A stretch of DNA of 63,758 bases, counting the filler, from Octopus bimaculoides (lineage: Eukaryota): the NCBI RefSeq assembly GCF_001194135.2. It is 5 parts of 5 records of this genome, joined end to end, with 100 filler letters (N's around TTAATTAATTAA, not from the genome) between each part and the next. Parts side by side here need not be neighbours in the genome. Positions count along the whole stretch, not along the records: positions 24,225 to 50,297 come from NC_068985.1; 4 more parts are not named here. One strand, given 5' to 3'. Below, in pieces: positions 24,266-38,426 of this stretch. The position numbers and the translations under genes are program-made. Every line of letters begins with the position of its first letter. Positions within the stretch are counted from its first letter, which is position 1. The notes under the pieces were generated by a model. That model saw nothing but the letters and a program-made list of their open reading frames with translations. It was not told the DNA's origin and searched no databases.

Positions 24266-24432
24266 TATACGACGGGCTTCCTTCAGTTTCCGTCTACCAA
24301 ATCCACTCACAAGGCTTTAGTCGGCCCGAGGCTATAGTAGAAGACACTTACCCACGGTGCCACCCAGTGGGACTGAACCCGGAACTATGTGGTTGGTAAG
24401 CAAGTTACTTTCCACACAGCCACTCCTGCGCC
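24266..24432 (-). mobile_element. SINE family B 5' half
   Basis: cgacgggcttccttcagtttccgtctaccaaatcc...gggactgaacccggaac...ccacacagccactcctgcg. Confidence 0.85.
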
Positions 24433-26229
24433 TGTCTGTTTAAAAAACGTTTTCATCAAGACTTCAGTGACACTAAATATTCTATAAGCAAGTTCTAATG
24501 CCTAGTTACTTTCCACCCATCCTCCTGTATACACTCACACACACTCACACGTACACGCACACACGTATGTATATATTATGTATATTTTATGTATACATTT
24601 ATGTATTTGAAAGTGTAATGTATCGACTGAACGCTGACAATTAAGGTTGTTACCCGTGGCGAATGCACATATGCCAATAGCATTTAAAGATTATTAACTA
24701 TATTACTATCTAATAAAAAAAAAGTGAATAATAGCAAGTTATTTGCGATGTTAGACAATGTCATAAACATGTCAAACGATAAATGTAGGATTTGATGTTA
24801 TCTGTACTTTAATTTAATTGATTCTAAAAAGACGTATTAAGACACCCACTGTCTCTCTGCAGTTAGCAATGAATGCAATTCACGCTGCTAAAGCCATAAA
24901 CTGGCCGCCGAAATACACATTATCTTCAATAATTCCAATTGAATACTTTTCATATTTATGTATTATAGTAGAATCAATTCAAGCCTCTTGACACGTTAAT
25001 GACGATTCTGAAGTAAATCTCACATCATCTGTGGTTATTGGTCTGCCGAAATAGTGATTATCTTTTAACTTGTTCGCAACTTCTCTTATTCTAGTGCACA
25101 TAAATTTGTAACGGTGCGTTACGGCCTAGTCATCAGCAGAGAAACTTGAATTTATTATATCAACCTCTTCCTGCTGTTGCAGTTCCCTTTTCAGCTTGAT
25201 ATTAACACGCACCAATGCCATGTACGATCAAAGTTGTATAGCTCATAGGCAAAATGTTATCTATTACAGACAGTATTTTAATACGTGTATTCTATACGTA
25301 GACTTTCAGTCATATCACTTTCTGAGGCAACAAAGCTTAATTTTTTTTTTTTTTTTTTTGTAATGCTGCTCGCTATTTTCAAGTGTCTGAAAATAAAATC
25401 GTGCACCAAACAGATAACATACATTCTACGATACATTTGCCCTCATATATTACTCATTTTGTTACGTTACACGTCCAGAGCGTCAGCCAGCTCCCAAACA
25501 AGATACGAAACTTTTGAAAACTGATCACTGATGGCAGATGAGGAAATCCAATAATTTACATCAGAAAGAATGACATGCAGATCAAATTAATGAACGATAA
25601 CAAACATATACCGAAAACGGTGGGGAATTTGCGTTAAAAATACTGATGAGTAACTGATTATCTAAATGGTAGTCCATTAGGAGAAAGCATGCTATAATTT
25701 ATTCGCACGTTAGCTTAATTAAGTTACCGTAAACAGATAAATTGCAATAGTTAATTGTATCTTCTTCATACATGATTATACACACCTTTCACTTATAATT
25801 TACAGAAACAAAGTCGTAGGTCTTCAACGAAATACGTTTCAAGAAATTTTGTTGAGATTTTGGACAGATCTTATTAGAAACGAAATATTGCCTGGAAATT
25901 ATCATTACGCATAATTCTCTTCCTTTTATTTTAATTAATATATCACGGCTCGGATAGATTTAGAATTCTTGAAACCTTCTTCAGAATACTTTCGTACAAC
26001 TGTTAAACAAACTGTATTTCACGGCATGAGTGAAGAGAAAATCATTCATTCAATCAGAACCGAAATGTCTGCTTCAGCTTGAAGCCGATTTGTTTTCGCG
26101 CCATTCATGGAAAAATTATATTTTTGCATGATCTTCTATAATGTACGCAACATTTCCGGTTTTAATGAATCGGTAATTTTGTCTACCATTTTATGAATTT
26201 GTCTAATAGTTCGAAAAATTATAACATTT

Positions 26230-26345
26230 CGAAGGGATGAAAGACATACTCAGAATTTTGAACTTGGACTCAGAATACAAAGAAAGAACATATGCCGCCA
26301 AGCATTTTGTCTGGCTTGATGACGATTCCGCCACCTCTGCACCTT
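26230..26345 (-). mobile_element. SINE family A 5' fragment
   Basis: Minus strand ggtggcggaatcgtcatcaagccagacaaaatgcttggcggcat...ttctgagtcc. Confidence 0.55.
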
Positions 26346-27373
26346 AAATTTCAACTTAATAATGCATAAATAAAACCACTTTCAATCACAGGTAATATAT
26401 TCAGAAAATAAAGCAACAAGGTAAAAGGAATTTGTAAAAGAATATAAGTATAGGTGAATTGAAATTATTTCAAATGGGGATTTTCAATATATTAACTGAT
26501 TCAAAGCATCAGCTTTGATGATGTCATTGATGACATAATAGCTGTGAATAATACGTGCATTGCATAAAAAGGACAACCTTAGATTAAACTAAAACATTGT
26601 TGTTTTAGAAAACTGTTAAATGGATTTCTAACATGCAAAAATTTCAAGACCATGCTATGGTATTTTTTTGTTTTTGTTTTGAACAGGAGCTTAATGGAAT
26701 TTTAAAATTATATTATAAAATAATAAACTGCCGTGAATACTTAGTAAAAATAACTAAATAAATAAATTTAATTATACCTACTAATTTGCTTTACAGAGTT
26801 ACTATTTAAGCATTTTAAATAGCCAGTGGAATTATCTATTCAGGGAAATATACCCTGCTGCATTAAATATTGTACTCTTCAAAGTTAGCATTTGCCGGGG
26901 GTTAATGGATGTATGATGTATGCATTATTTTATCTCTTTTCATCGCACATCAAATGCTTTGCAGCTTCTCATACTTTCGCCCACACAACTGCATTATATG
27001 TGCTACGATTTCTCATTAACTCACACAGATAACCGCACTATCACACGCACGCATTTAGCATGTGTGAGAAAGAGAGACAGAGACAGAGACAGACAGACAG
27101 AGAGAGACAGACAGAGAGAGACAGACAGAGAGAGACAGACAGAGAGAGACAGACAGAGAGAGACAGACAGAGAGAGACAGACAGACGATTGTCTGAACAA
27201 GTCTATATACACAATTGTGCGACTATTATATAAAGTGCATTGCTATCTATCTAGCTATCAATCTATCTATCCATATCCATATGTCTGATATATATATATA
27301 TGTGTAATATGTACATGCGTATATGCGTGTGAGTATGTGTGTGCTTGCTTGTACGTTGTGTGTAATGTGTATA

Positions 27374-27425
<52 letters not shown>

Positions 27426-27561
27426 CATATATATATACATATATAAGTATAGATGCATATATATATATATATTTACAAACATAAATATATATGTATATAT
27501 GTATCTATCTATCTATCTATCTATCTCTCTCTTTCTCTCTCTCTTTTTCTCTCTCTCTCTT

Positions 27562-27592
<31 letters not shown>

Positions 27593-27604
27593 ATATATAT
27601 GTGT

Positions 27605-27640
<36 letters not shown>

Positions 27641-28376
27641 GTATGTATATATATTTACATACATACATGTGTATTAACACATGCGAACATACATATGTGT
27701 GCGTGTTTAGCGTGAAGGTGTGATCGACCTTAGTATTGTTGTATCCATCAACGCATCCGAAAATATATTTCATTTTCATCATTAACCGAATTGCACTGTC
27801 TCTTGAGTCACTCAATTCCAGTTTAAATCGTTAACCAACTAATTATTATCGACGCAAGAAAAACATATAAATGAATGTATCTGACAAGATTTTTGATTAA
27901 ATCGAGGACTTTGAAGGCCACATTTCGAACTAAACTAAATGAAATACTATAAATATTGGTATATGGACACGTTTGTAAACCAATAAAAGATATACTACAT
28001 TTTAATTATAAGCGTTTATTTTTGTTGCAATAAAACATTTATTTATGCAAAATATAGTAACACTCACATCATTGAATACGTATATCTAACTATGAATCTG
28101 TCTATCTATATATCTACATCTCATTTTCTCTCAATCTCTCTGTTAGTCTGTCTGTCGCTTCATATACGCGCGCTCAAACACATAGGGACCACATACACAC
28201 CGGCACGCAAACACACACCGGCACGCAAACACACACACGCATACACACACATAAAATTTAACATAACAGACAGTTGAAGGTTGAGTCGAAACGATAGTCG
28301 TACTGTAGAAAGTCTAGTGGCAAATCCAGGTTCCGTTTCGTTCATCAATTAGTATTATATATTTGAAATATATATA

Positions 28377-28412
<36 letters not shown>

Positions 28413-28429
28413 CAGACATATATACATAT

Positions 28430-28465
28430 ATATGAGTGTGTAAACACTCCAATCGCAGTTATACA

Positions 28466-28511
<46 letters not shown>

Positions 28512-28547
28512 TGTATAACTGCGATTGCAGTGTTTACACACTCATAT
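28430..28547. repeat. 118-bp near-perfect palindrome centred on (TA)n
   Basis: 41-bp unique arms with one mismatch around a (TA)n core. Confidence 0.9.
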
Positions 28548-29524
28548 TCTCATACGAAATTCTGCAACTGGTAATGATGGCTCTGAATTCTGTAGAAAAT
28601 CTTTAGAGGTAAAATTTAAAGGGAGTACGTCGCATTCTAACACAAAGGTGAGACACAGTTTTAACTTGTATATATTTAATATACTTGGAAGTGTTTTAGG
28701 ATTTCCGATCAAGATACTGTATCCTTGCTAGCAGTTAAAATATATGTGCACGGGTGTGTGTAAGAAGAACAAAATTTGATCATGATTTTGGTGGCAAGGA
28801 CTGGGTTGCGCAAATCATTTTGGGTATAAACAAGGACATCATCATCAGTTTAAGCATTATACACAAACGTTACAAGGAGACGTAGGTTAATAATATCATG
28901 GAAAAATTGCACCAAGAGAAACAAGACCTAACCACTGAATTGATTCAATATTCCACGATTTATGTAAGAGCTTCTGTGTAGACACGGAACCTAAAAGACA
29001 TAGCAGTTGCATTTCTATTCAGACCTCACATATCTATCTTAATATGCCGGGATTTATACAACGAAAGCAATATTCATTGGCATGAAATTACATGGCTGCA
29101 GTAACAAGAACTCCAAATTCTGCTAAGATTAAAAAAAAACGGTTTTCAGTTTCCAATTTAAAATTAACATATTATGTCAGCTTTTGAAACAGTATATCTT
29201 GTTAGCAGTATCATTGAAGCATCTAATCTCAAAGTCTCAAATTCTGAGAGTGACCACAAATCTGTTTTAATAGTTTAAAAGGTCAGCATGCGCATGTAAC
29301 CAAAATTGTAAGAGAGAAATTAGTTTACAAATCGCACCCAGAAAAACAAACACTACATTTTATAAACAATAGAAAATAAAATAATATGTAAATAAGTTTC
29401 GCAGTCACATATTTTCACCGATCAATGAAAGGTCTTTTACAAATGAATAATTGTTAGTTATTCTTGAAAATGTTTCCGGTATCCCAAGAAAAGATATCTC
29501 TATAAGAATTGTGTAAATTAAAAT

Positions 29525-29930
29525 CGTGGTTGTGCGATAAGATGTTTGTTTCCCAAACATGATTCTGAATTTAATTCATTGGGTGGTACGCTTGGCAAGT
29601 GTTTCCTATAATGTTGGGCCGACCTTGTGAGCAGACAGAAAATGCAAGAAGATAGTCATATATGTGTGTGTGAGAGTATGTGTGAGTGTTTGTGAGTGTG
29701 AGTGTGTGTGTGTGCGCTCGCGCCTCTTTGTGTCTCCGTTTCTCGCCCACAAACGCTGGACAATCTGCGTTGGTGTATTTCGATCCAGTTACATAGCGGT
29801 TCGGTGAAAGAATAGATAGAATAAAGTAACAGACTGAAAAATTAGAATTACTGAAGTCGATTTGTTCAACTAAAATTCTTCAAAGCGGTACCTCAGCAGG
29901 GCTGCCATCTGATGTTTGAAATAAAAGATT
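29525..29930 (+). mobile_element. Old, diverged SINE family B-related copy
   Basis: ttggcaagtgtttcc...gggccgaccttgtgag...agcggttcgg...gatagaataa...gtcgatttgttcaactaaa. Confidence 0.6.
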
Positions 29931-31026
29931 TAAAAAATGATGTCACGTGTCTTTGGTTTAATAAACACATTTGTTAAATACACAACTACATAAGCATTTA
30001 CATAACATCTTTATGTTCAGACATTTCTCATGGCCGACGTAAATACAGACATTTTGAAGAAGAGAAACACTACTCTTTTCGTCGAATTACCAGAAATAGC
30101 AGACAATTCCCAAATTCGAACTTCCCGTCATATAAAATTACATATCCATTACGTAATCGCACCCAAATAACTATTATCATAATTTGATGGACATGAAGAT
30201 GTATTGCAAACAGTAATTTCTATTTGGTGAAAGCTGAACTGGGTCCTCAGACAGTAACATAAACAACAATAGCAAGAATTGAAACTTATAACAACTCCAT
30301 TGATAATAAATATGATTCAATTATCAAGACAAGAATATGTATTGAAACCAAATATTGGTTCTGCGGCACATGAGAGAAATGATATCTAATCAGAAAACAC
30401 ATTCACGTTTCAACTATATATCTTAAAAATTACATAGCAGTTGTCGAAGCATTATGCAATCTTGCATTCACTTCAACTGTGTTCCGCATCTATGATCTGT
30501 AGATCTTTGACTATCATACGGGTTTCCTAATTTAGCGTTACTATACTTTTTATTTGACAAATATTCCCACACAACCTTATCACAAAGTTTGATGAACCTG
30601 TAAGTAGTAACTGGTTGTGGGAGTGAAGTGTGGAACCTGTTATTCAGCCTGACATTTTGTTGTTGCGTGTCGCACTCTACAGTGCCTAATTTTCTTACGC
30701 ACGAATACAAACGCACACACACAATCACACACACATACGCACATACACACACCCACACTCAAACACACATTCACTCACATACACACACATACACAAACGT
30801 ATATATATATATATATATATATATAAATTTAAATAATAAGGGTGAAAAATTGAGTATTAATTTGATTAATATCAATTTAAAACCAGTGGCCTAGCAAATT
30901 GAAAAATCTGAAAATTCAGAAAAATTATATTACATACATATAAGAGGGATGACCACTTTTGAAATATCTCTCAGTCCCTCTCTCTCACTCTCTCTCTCAC
31001 CCATATGTAGTGGTCTTATATGTATG

Positions 31027-31062
<36 letters not shown>

Positions 31063-31133
31063 AATGAAATTTGTGCGCATATAATAACAATCAGCTGACA
31101 CTAAAAATCTGTAGTGAGACATATCTCTCTCGA

Positions 31134-31180
31134 GGTACCTGATGAGATCCAGACTTATGGGCTGAAACATATGTTGTACC
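31134..31180 (+). ncRNA. Minimal type I hammerhead ribozyme motif (Penelope pLTR type)
   Basis: GGTAC-CTGATGA-GATCC(AGACTTAT)GGGCT-GAAA-CATATGT-T-GTACC: stem I GGTAC/GTACC is perfect, the core is intact, stem III is the palindromic ACAT/ATGT, the cleavage triplet is GUU, and AATAAA follows at 31182-31187. Stem II is weakened (G-U, A/C mismatch, U-G, C-G, C-G). Confidence 0.72.
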
Positions 31181-31369
31181 CAATAAAGATTTAATACCAA
31201 ATCCACATCCTGTTAATTAATTTTTTAACCATAATTCCCATTGCGGAGTTCCTGAAGTAGATCCAACAGAAGTGTACCGCGACTGCGGAAGACAACACGT
31301 AGGCTGAACTGTACTGATGTTCTACTCAATATATAAACACACTAATCGACATACACTTATTCTCCCTTA

Positions 31370-31782
31370 CTCTTTTTTCTTTTACTCTTTTACTTGTTTC
31401 AGTCATTTGACTGCGGTCATGCTGGGGCACCTCCTTTAGTCGAGCAACTCGACCCCAGGACTTCTTCTTTGTAAGCTTAGGACTTATTCTATCGGTCACC
31501 TTTTGCCGAACCGCCAGGTTACGGGGACGCAGACACACCAGCATCGGTCGTCAAGCGAAGCTGGGGTGTCAAACACAGACACACAAACGTATACACACAC
31601 ATACATATATATACATATATACGACGGGCTTCTTTCAGTTTCCGTCTACCAAATCCACTCACAAGGCTTTGGCCGGCCCGAGGCTATAGAAGAAAACACT
31701 TTCCCAAGGTGCCACGCAGTGGGACTGAACCCAGAACCATGTGGTTGGTAAGCAAGCTACTTACCACACAGCTACTCCCGCG
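31370..31782 (-). mobile_element. SINE family B, full length
   Basis: Complete head, central block, internal (CA/TA) tract and (TAAAAGAG) tail. Confidence 0.88.
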
Positions 31783-31784
31783 CC

Positions 31785-31854
<70 letters not shown>

Positions 31855-32446
31855 NNNNNNNNNNNNNNNNNNNNNNNNNNNNNNNNNNNNNNNNNNNNNN
31901 NNNNNNNNNNNNNNNNNNNNNNNNNNNNNNNNNNNNNNNNNNNNNNNNNNNNNNNNNNNNNNNNNNNNNNNNNNNNNNNNNNNNNNNNNNNNNNNNNNNN
32001 NNNNNNNNNNNNNNNNNNNNNNNNNNNNNNNNNNNNNNNNNNNNNNNNNNNNNNNNNNNNNNNNNNNNNNNNNNNNNNNNNNNNNNNNNNNNNNNNNNNN
32101 NNNNNNNNNNNNNNNNNNNNNNNNNNNNNNNNNNNNNNNNNNNNNNNNNNNNNNNNNNNNNNNNNNNNNNNNNNNNNNNNNNNNNNNNNNNNNNNNNNNN
32201 NNNNNNNNNNNNNNNNNNNNNNNNNNNNNNNNNNNNNNNNNNNNNNNNNNNNNNNNNNNNNNNNNNNNNNNNNNNNNNNNNNNNNNNNNNNNNNNNNNNN
32301 NNNNNNNNNNNNNNNNNNNNNNNNNNNNNNNNNNNNNNNNNNNNNNNNNNNNNNNNNNNNNNNNNNNNNNNNNNNNNNNNNNNNNNNNNNNNNNNNNNNN
32401 NNNNNNNNNNNNNNNNNNNNNNNNNNNNNNNNNNNNNNNNNNNNNN

Positions 32447-32488
<42 letters not shown>

Positions 32489-33003
32489 TGTATTTTTTAT
32501 GCCTATGACTATGTGTGTGAGAGAGAGTGAGAGAGAGGGAGTAAGAGATATTTCAAAATTCTGAAGTTACTAACAATACGTCGCAAATGCAAACTCCACT
32601 ACAATTTTTTTTTTCAAAAAAGTTTTTGTTTTTCTTCCTGCTATGCAGCTGCTATTCTCCACTAAAACAAGTTTTCATTCGAAAATATATACAATCAGAT
32701 TTCAATGGAATTATTCAACCTATATCTTTGAGCAACGTCTAAATATATTTACTTTCCCTTCCGACTGCTTATGTCAAAAGAATTTTAATATTCGAGGAAT
32801 ATTAGCAACGAATATAAATTGATTTACTTGTTCGGAAATTCACTTAATTACTACATAATTCTCTCTCGATATGCAATTTGGGCAGCTATTCAGAAGGTGA
32901 AGCACTATCCGAATTAAATTATTGGAATTTAAATAAATTTTCTTTATGACATACAATCATAATGAAATGTACTCATCATGCACATGTAAATAACGAAGCA
33001 TAC

Positions 33004-33036
<33 letters not shown>

Positions 33037-33062
33037 TACACACACTCATGCATACGTGTATA

Positions 33063-33098
<36 letters not shown>

Positions 33099-33148
33099 NN
33101 NNNNNNNNNNNNNNNATATATATGTATGTGTGTGTATGTGTGTGTGTA

Positions 33149-33181
<33 letters not shown>

Positions 33182-33876
33182 ATTTATATATACATACATA
33201 AATACATACATGCATAAATATATCCTGAGAGACGACAGTATTGATGTCTATATGAATCTTACCGTTCGTTAATGAATGTCTTGTTAATTGTCCATGTGTA
33301 TACATAGAATAATAATTATGCATGGAACCTCATAAACAATCAGACATACCGATATTTGTTCACATTAACAGGTCTCTATGCTAAAGAGCGTTTATAAATA
33401 TATTCGTTTCGGGATATGTAAACAGAATATGCAAATGAAAATTGTTGAAATATATAAAGACGAGTTCACTGAAATGAAGAGACAAATTTAACCGAATACA
33501 TATCTCTGCGGTTGTCATAAATTCCAACTTTTCTGTTTTCAATTTCATGCATAAGAAAGTACAGCTATTTTATTCAGTTTCGTAACAATAATTTATTGCT
33601 TCAGCCAAGCACATATAACTATATAGAACACACATGCACACAAACGCACACAAAAACGCATGTGCATATATATATATACATATACATGCGTGTCTGTCTG
33701 TTTGTTTGTTTGCGTGTGTGTAAGAGCTTGTATATGTGGTGCAGATAAATGCTTCGGAATTTCTACAGATTCTGAAAATCTACCGCCGTAGTAAGAAGGA
33801 GAATAATAATAACAGTAATGCTGGACGAGAGAGCGAGCAGAGCATGCCAACAAAGTGACTCTGGGTTACAAACATA

Positions 33877-34312
33877 GGCGCAGAATTGACTGTGTGCTTA
33901 GTAGCGTGCTTACCAACCACATGGTACCGGGTTCAGTCCCATTCTGTGACACCTTGGGAAACTGTCTTCTACTATAGCCTCGGGCCGACCAAAGCCTTGT
34001 GAGTGGATTTGGTAGAAGAAAACTGAAATGGGCTAGTCGTGTATTTATGTGTATATGTGTGTGTTTGTTTATGTGTGTGTGTATCTGTGTATGTGTGTCT
34101 GTGTCTGTGTTTGTGTCTGTGTTTGTCCGCAATCATCGCTTGACAACCGATGTTGGTGAATTTACCTCCTCGTAATGTAGAGGTTCGGCAAAAGAACCCG
34201 ATAGAATAAGAACTAGGCCTACAAAGAATAAGTCTTGGGGTCAATTTGTTCGACTAAGGGCTGTGCTCTGCAGTCAAATGACTGAAACAAATTAAAGAAT
34301 AAAAGAGTAAAA
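33877..34312 (+). mobile_element. SINE family B, full length
   Basis: ggcgcagaattgactgtgtg...gggttcagtccc...gcagtcaaatgactgaaacaaattaaagaataaaagag. Confidence 0.85.
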
Positions 34313-35335
34313 TATTACGAAGCTTAGTGCACCAGGCACATGCATCACATGATAAGGGTGCATCAGGCACATGCATCACAACTATATGTGCGTGACATTG
34401 GGACCTTATATCAAGATAAACAACGCATGGCATTGCAGGTAGGGGCTCAGAATTTTCTTCAGATCGATTAGCCCATCCCGCTGAAAAGGTTCCAAAGTAA
34501 GGGTTGTTCAAAGATGTTAAACTGGGTTACAAATATAGGCGCAGAAGTGGCTGTATGATTAGTACCGTGCTTAACAACCACGTGGTACCGGATTCAGTAT
34601 TTGTAACCCCATGCTTTCAGAGGGAAAATATTCAAATATTCACCCATCAAAGGATATGTTCAACTGGTGAAAGGCAAACATCTGACGAGCAAATTTGTAG
34701 CATTGATCAGAATATATGTTGCATCCCATGTACATGATATCCAGTGCTTGGTATTGCATATAATTCGGTCAAATCCGAAATCCCAATTTTTGAAGATAAG
34801 ACGGATTTGTACTGACATAGGGGATTACTGGAAACATTCAAATGCTATGTCAAAGGCAGTTACAGTGAATCACAATTAAATGAAATAGCAAATGAGATAG
34901 ATGAGATTAGCAAAGCAAGTCAAACCTTCACGTATAATTTTATCAAACACAAGCTGTTTTAAGTAGAGGTTCATTTGATGTTATATGAGATGACATTACT
35001 CACTTTCCACGAACAATTATGTGTCAGATATCGGGTCATTCCATAAATAATGGGGTTTTTTTTTTTTCAATTCCATGAATTAAAAGATCAGAGTGGGTGA
35101 GATGTCTAGCTGCATCAACTTGCCAGAAACGCAGGTAATAATTTTACCTTGTGCTTATTCTTAGTGCAATTTTAAAGAGTGCAGTTCGGGTTTATGAGAT
35201 TACCATGTCGCGCACATATGGTTGTGATGCATGAGCCTGGTGTACCTCTATCAGACGGGTAGTCATGATTGATATAATGGGCTCCATATATTTTACCCCA
35301 GTGTCACTTTGATGGCATGCACTACTCTCTCACTC

Positions 35336-35398
<63 letters not shown>

Positions 35399-36188
35399 GA
35401 TGAGAAAAAGAACAACAAAAAGAACAACAACAACAAAATATCAATAACAACAACAATTGCATTCTCCACCACCATCCAAATAAACGAAGAAATAATATAA
35501 CAGAATTGTAGAAAAGAAATGAAAAGTTGGTCTGGAGATTGATATGTGAAACATTTGCCGCGGAGCATGATACCACAACGAAAGAATACAAAAAAACAAA
35601 AAAAAAATACTCTTTATTAAAAATGTAAGAAGGCATGTTACACTCGCAAGTTGTAACTGCATTTTGTATATATGTATGTATGTATGTATGTATGTGTGCC
35701 TGCGCGTGCGTGTACGTGTGTGTGTGTGTTTATATGAAATGTATTGTCTTAAGACTAATGTATATTCTATTTTATTCAATATGAAAGGAAGGACTTGTGT
35801 TAACTTTACCGCAATTTTTTTGTACTTTTATTTCCCATTTACCGACGGCTAATTGTGACAATTCGCTATTAAAGAATAACGATAAATTGTCAACAAGAAA
35901 TGTTTTCAATATTTCCTACAGAGGAAGCATAATCCATTAAAGTCTGATACATATTTTATATCCATGTTTGTACAATCTTTTATGACAAGGATATTTCCTC
36001 GCATATTTGTAATCGAGAAATGTGGACTAAGCAAATTTGGCATTCAAGAACTATTCTTTTATTATACACCTAAAATAACTTAATATCAAGGGTCATTTTT
36101 GTTTTTTTCAAATTAAATATGTTGAAAATAATACTTTCTCTCATAAAATGATCGGAATAATACTATCAAAGCTACGCTGAGTTGTTCC

Positions 36189-36223
<35 letters not shown>

Positions 36224-38377
36224 AACAACAACGACAACAACAACAGCATGAAGATGTTCCTATATTGGCTGCCAGGGCGATAAAATGTTTAGTACAATAC
36301 AAGAGCTGTGAACAATAGACACAATAACATGAAATTTATATGAATAGTGGGAAAACACCACCTAGGGTCTACCAGTCACCCATCTGAGTAGGAGTACCGA
36401 AGAAAGAACTTCTGTCTCCTCTGTACCTTTTAGCCTTAAGGCCTGTGCTTATAGTAAGTTCACTGTAACCATTCTTGTTATATTCAGTGACATTTGTACA
36501 AATTTTCTTAGAGCTACACGTCGCCCTCCAGTCTCTTTTTCTTTTCGAAGTGGAACTTGAGAAAATTCATGATGAGTGAATGCAGGGTATCATTGATATG
36601 GTGACGTAAATTACCGAAAGTCCTGCTACCAGATATATGGTCAAATAAATTAAGAAAATATACGTGTTCATTCTAACTACTAGATTATTTTACGTATGGA
36701 AAATTCGTTTCCCCATTAATGCAAGGAAAATATCTTAAAAGCTTCATTCGTTTCTGTAGGAAAGGCTGGCCATTTACAATATTCTATAATACACATTAAG
36801 CAATAATTCATCACCTTAACATCATTAATCTCTAAGTGCTGAAAAATAGACATGAAAATTGGGACCATGTATTTGTAAACTGTACCTTGTTATTTAAGAA
36901 ACAATATTAAAATTTTCCGGTAAATACAGCAAAAGAACTTACACTCTAGAAGGATACACTAAGAGTAGCTTTCTGTATTATTCTATCTACCAACCCTTGT
37001 ACCAATGAGGATTTCTTAAACCCATAGTTAAGTTTTAATGAACATTAGCATGCCAAAATTTAGAAAAAAAGAGCGTTATGAAATTACAAGTATCTGCCTT
37101 ACATTAAGTCAAATTATTTGTTACAACTGCAATATTCTAATAATATTCATTTCCGGGGTTTCTGTAACATTTTGACAGCTCAAATAAAGGCGTTATCTAG
37201 TCACGAAGCTGCTTATAAACTTGGAAGTACCGATATCAATCCACTAGTTTGTACGGAGATATCAAGTTATTTACCCATCCAAAAACAGATCAGAACATAT
37301 TTGCTAACCTGCGGATGTTACAGCTCTGATACTAATATAGATAATTGCCTTATGTAAATGTACTGCTTCAAAGGTGAAAAGGTTGTTAAAATATGACTGA
37401 AATTAGGAACTTAAAAAGATAAAGAACACTAGAACAAAGTAACTAATGCCAATTGAATTCATTCGAGAATTTAAATGTCAAACACTAGATTATCTGGCAG
37501 TGAAATGGTAACCTGGAATATTCAAGTGCCGTTATGTATAGAGCTACATTATCATTTCCTCAAGCAGAATAAATGAAGCGGCTTTAATTAACGTAAGATG
37601 GCTGAAAGGCAGCCCAAAAGGTTTAGAGCTTTTAAACGTAAAGAAAAACAAGGGGTTTTACTGCGGAAATCGTTAAAGACGACAAAGATAATTTCGCTCC
37701 AAATATACAAATAAGCTGAAGAGCATTTGACAGAAAGGCTCAATCAGCATATGCATTCTTCGATCCACATACACCAATGCTGCAAGGGTAGAACGAAACA
37801 AGTTAAACAATTAAAGAGATAATGAAAATAGAGACAGCCTGTGGTTACCATCTAATTGAGACGTGCTTGTTCTTTTCTCTTTATTTTTCTCTACCACCGT
37901 ACATCATCTCTGTAAAAGATTGTAGGCTCGAAGCGTTTAACACTTCTTCCAGTTTTCCCGATCGTCAACTTAATAAACTCTGTTTGTTTGTTTTTTCACC
38001 TCATCTTTATGATGCATTTCTTCTTGTTTTACTTTTATACCATAATGAAAATAGAAGACAAGATGCGTACTAAAATCCATCCGTCAATATTTGCCTTAAT
38101 CCAACAACGTGGATTGTGAAAAGCAACAGAACTACGTAAGATTTCATTTAAATAATAAAGTAGATACCAAGTAAATGTATTTAAACACTAGCGTTTCCTA
38201 AATATAGATTAACAGACATGCATAATGAATCTGAATCTCAGATCAAATTGGCGATGCTTCTTTTTTATTAAAAGATATAATCGATCACATACTAACTAGA
38301 TTCCTCAAAGTGGATGCGACAGTATTATCATAGGAGGGTGGCATGATGCGTTCCTTCATGCATGTATGTGTGTGCAT

Positions 38378-38426
<49 letters not shown>

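Noticed and set aside
28290-28345. NG-PGF-like text on - as an ALP exon remnant
   Set aside because: Needs a frameshift; no upstream ALP similarity or splice sites.
37690-37780. HLTERLNQH as another GIY-YIG fragment
   Set aside because: Single short motif; surrounding frames do not give YIG or the C-terminal block convincingly.
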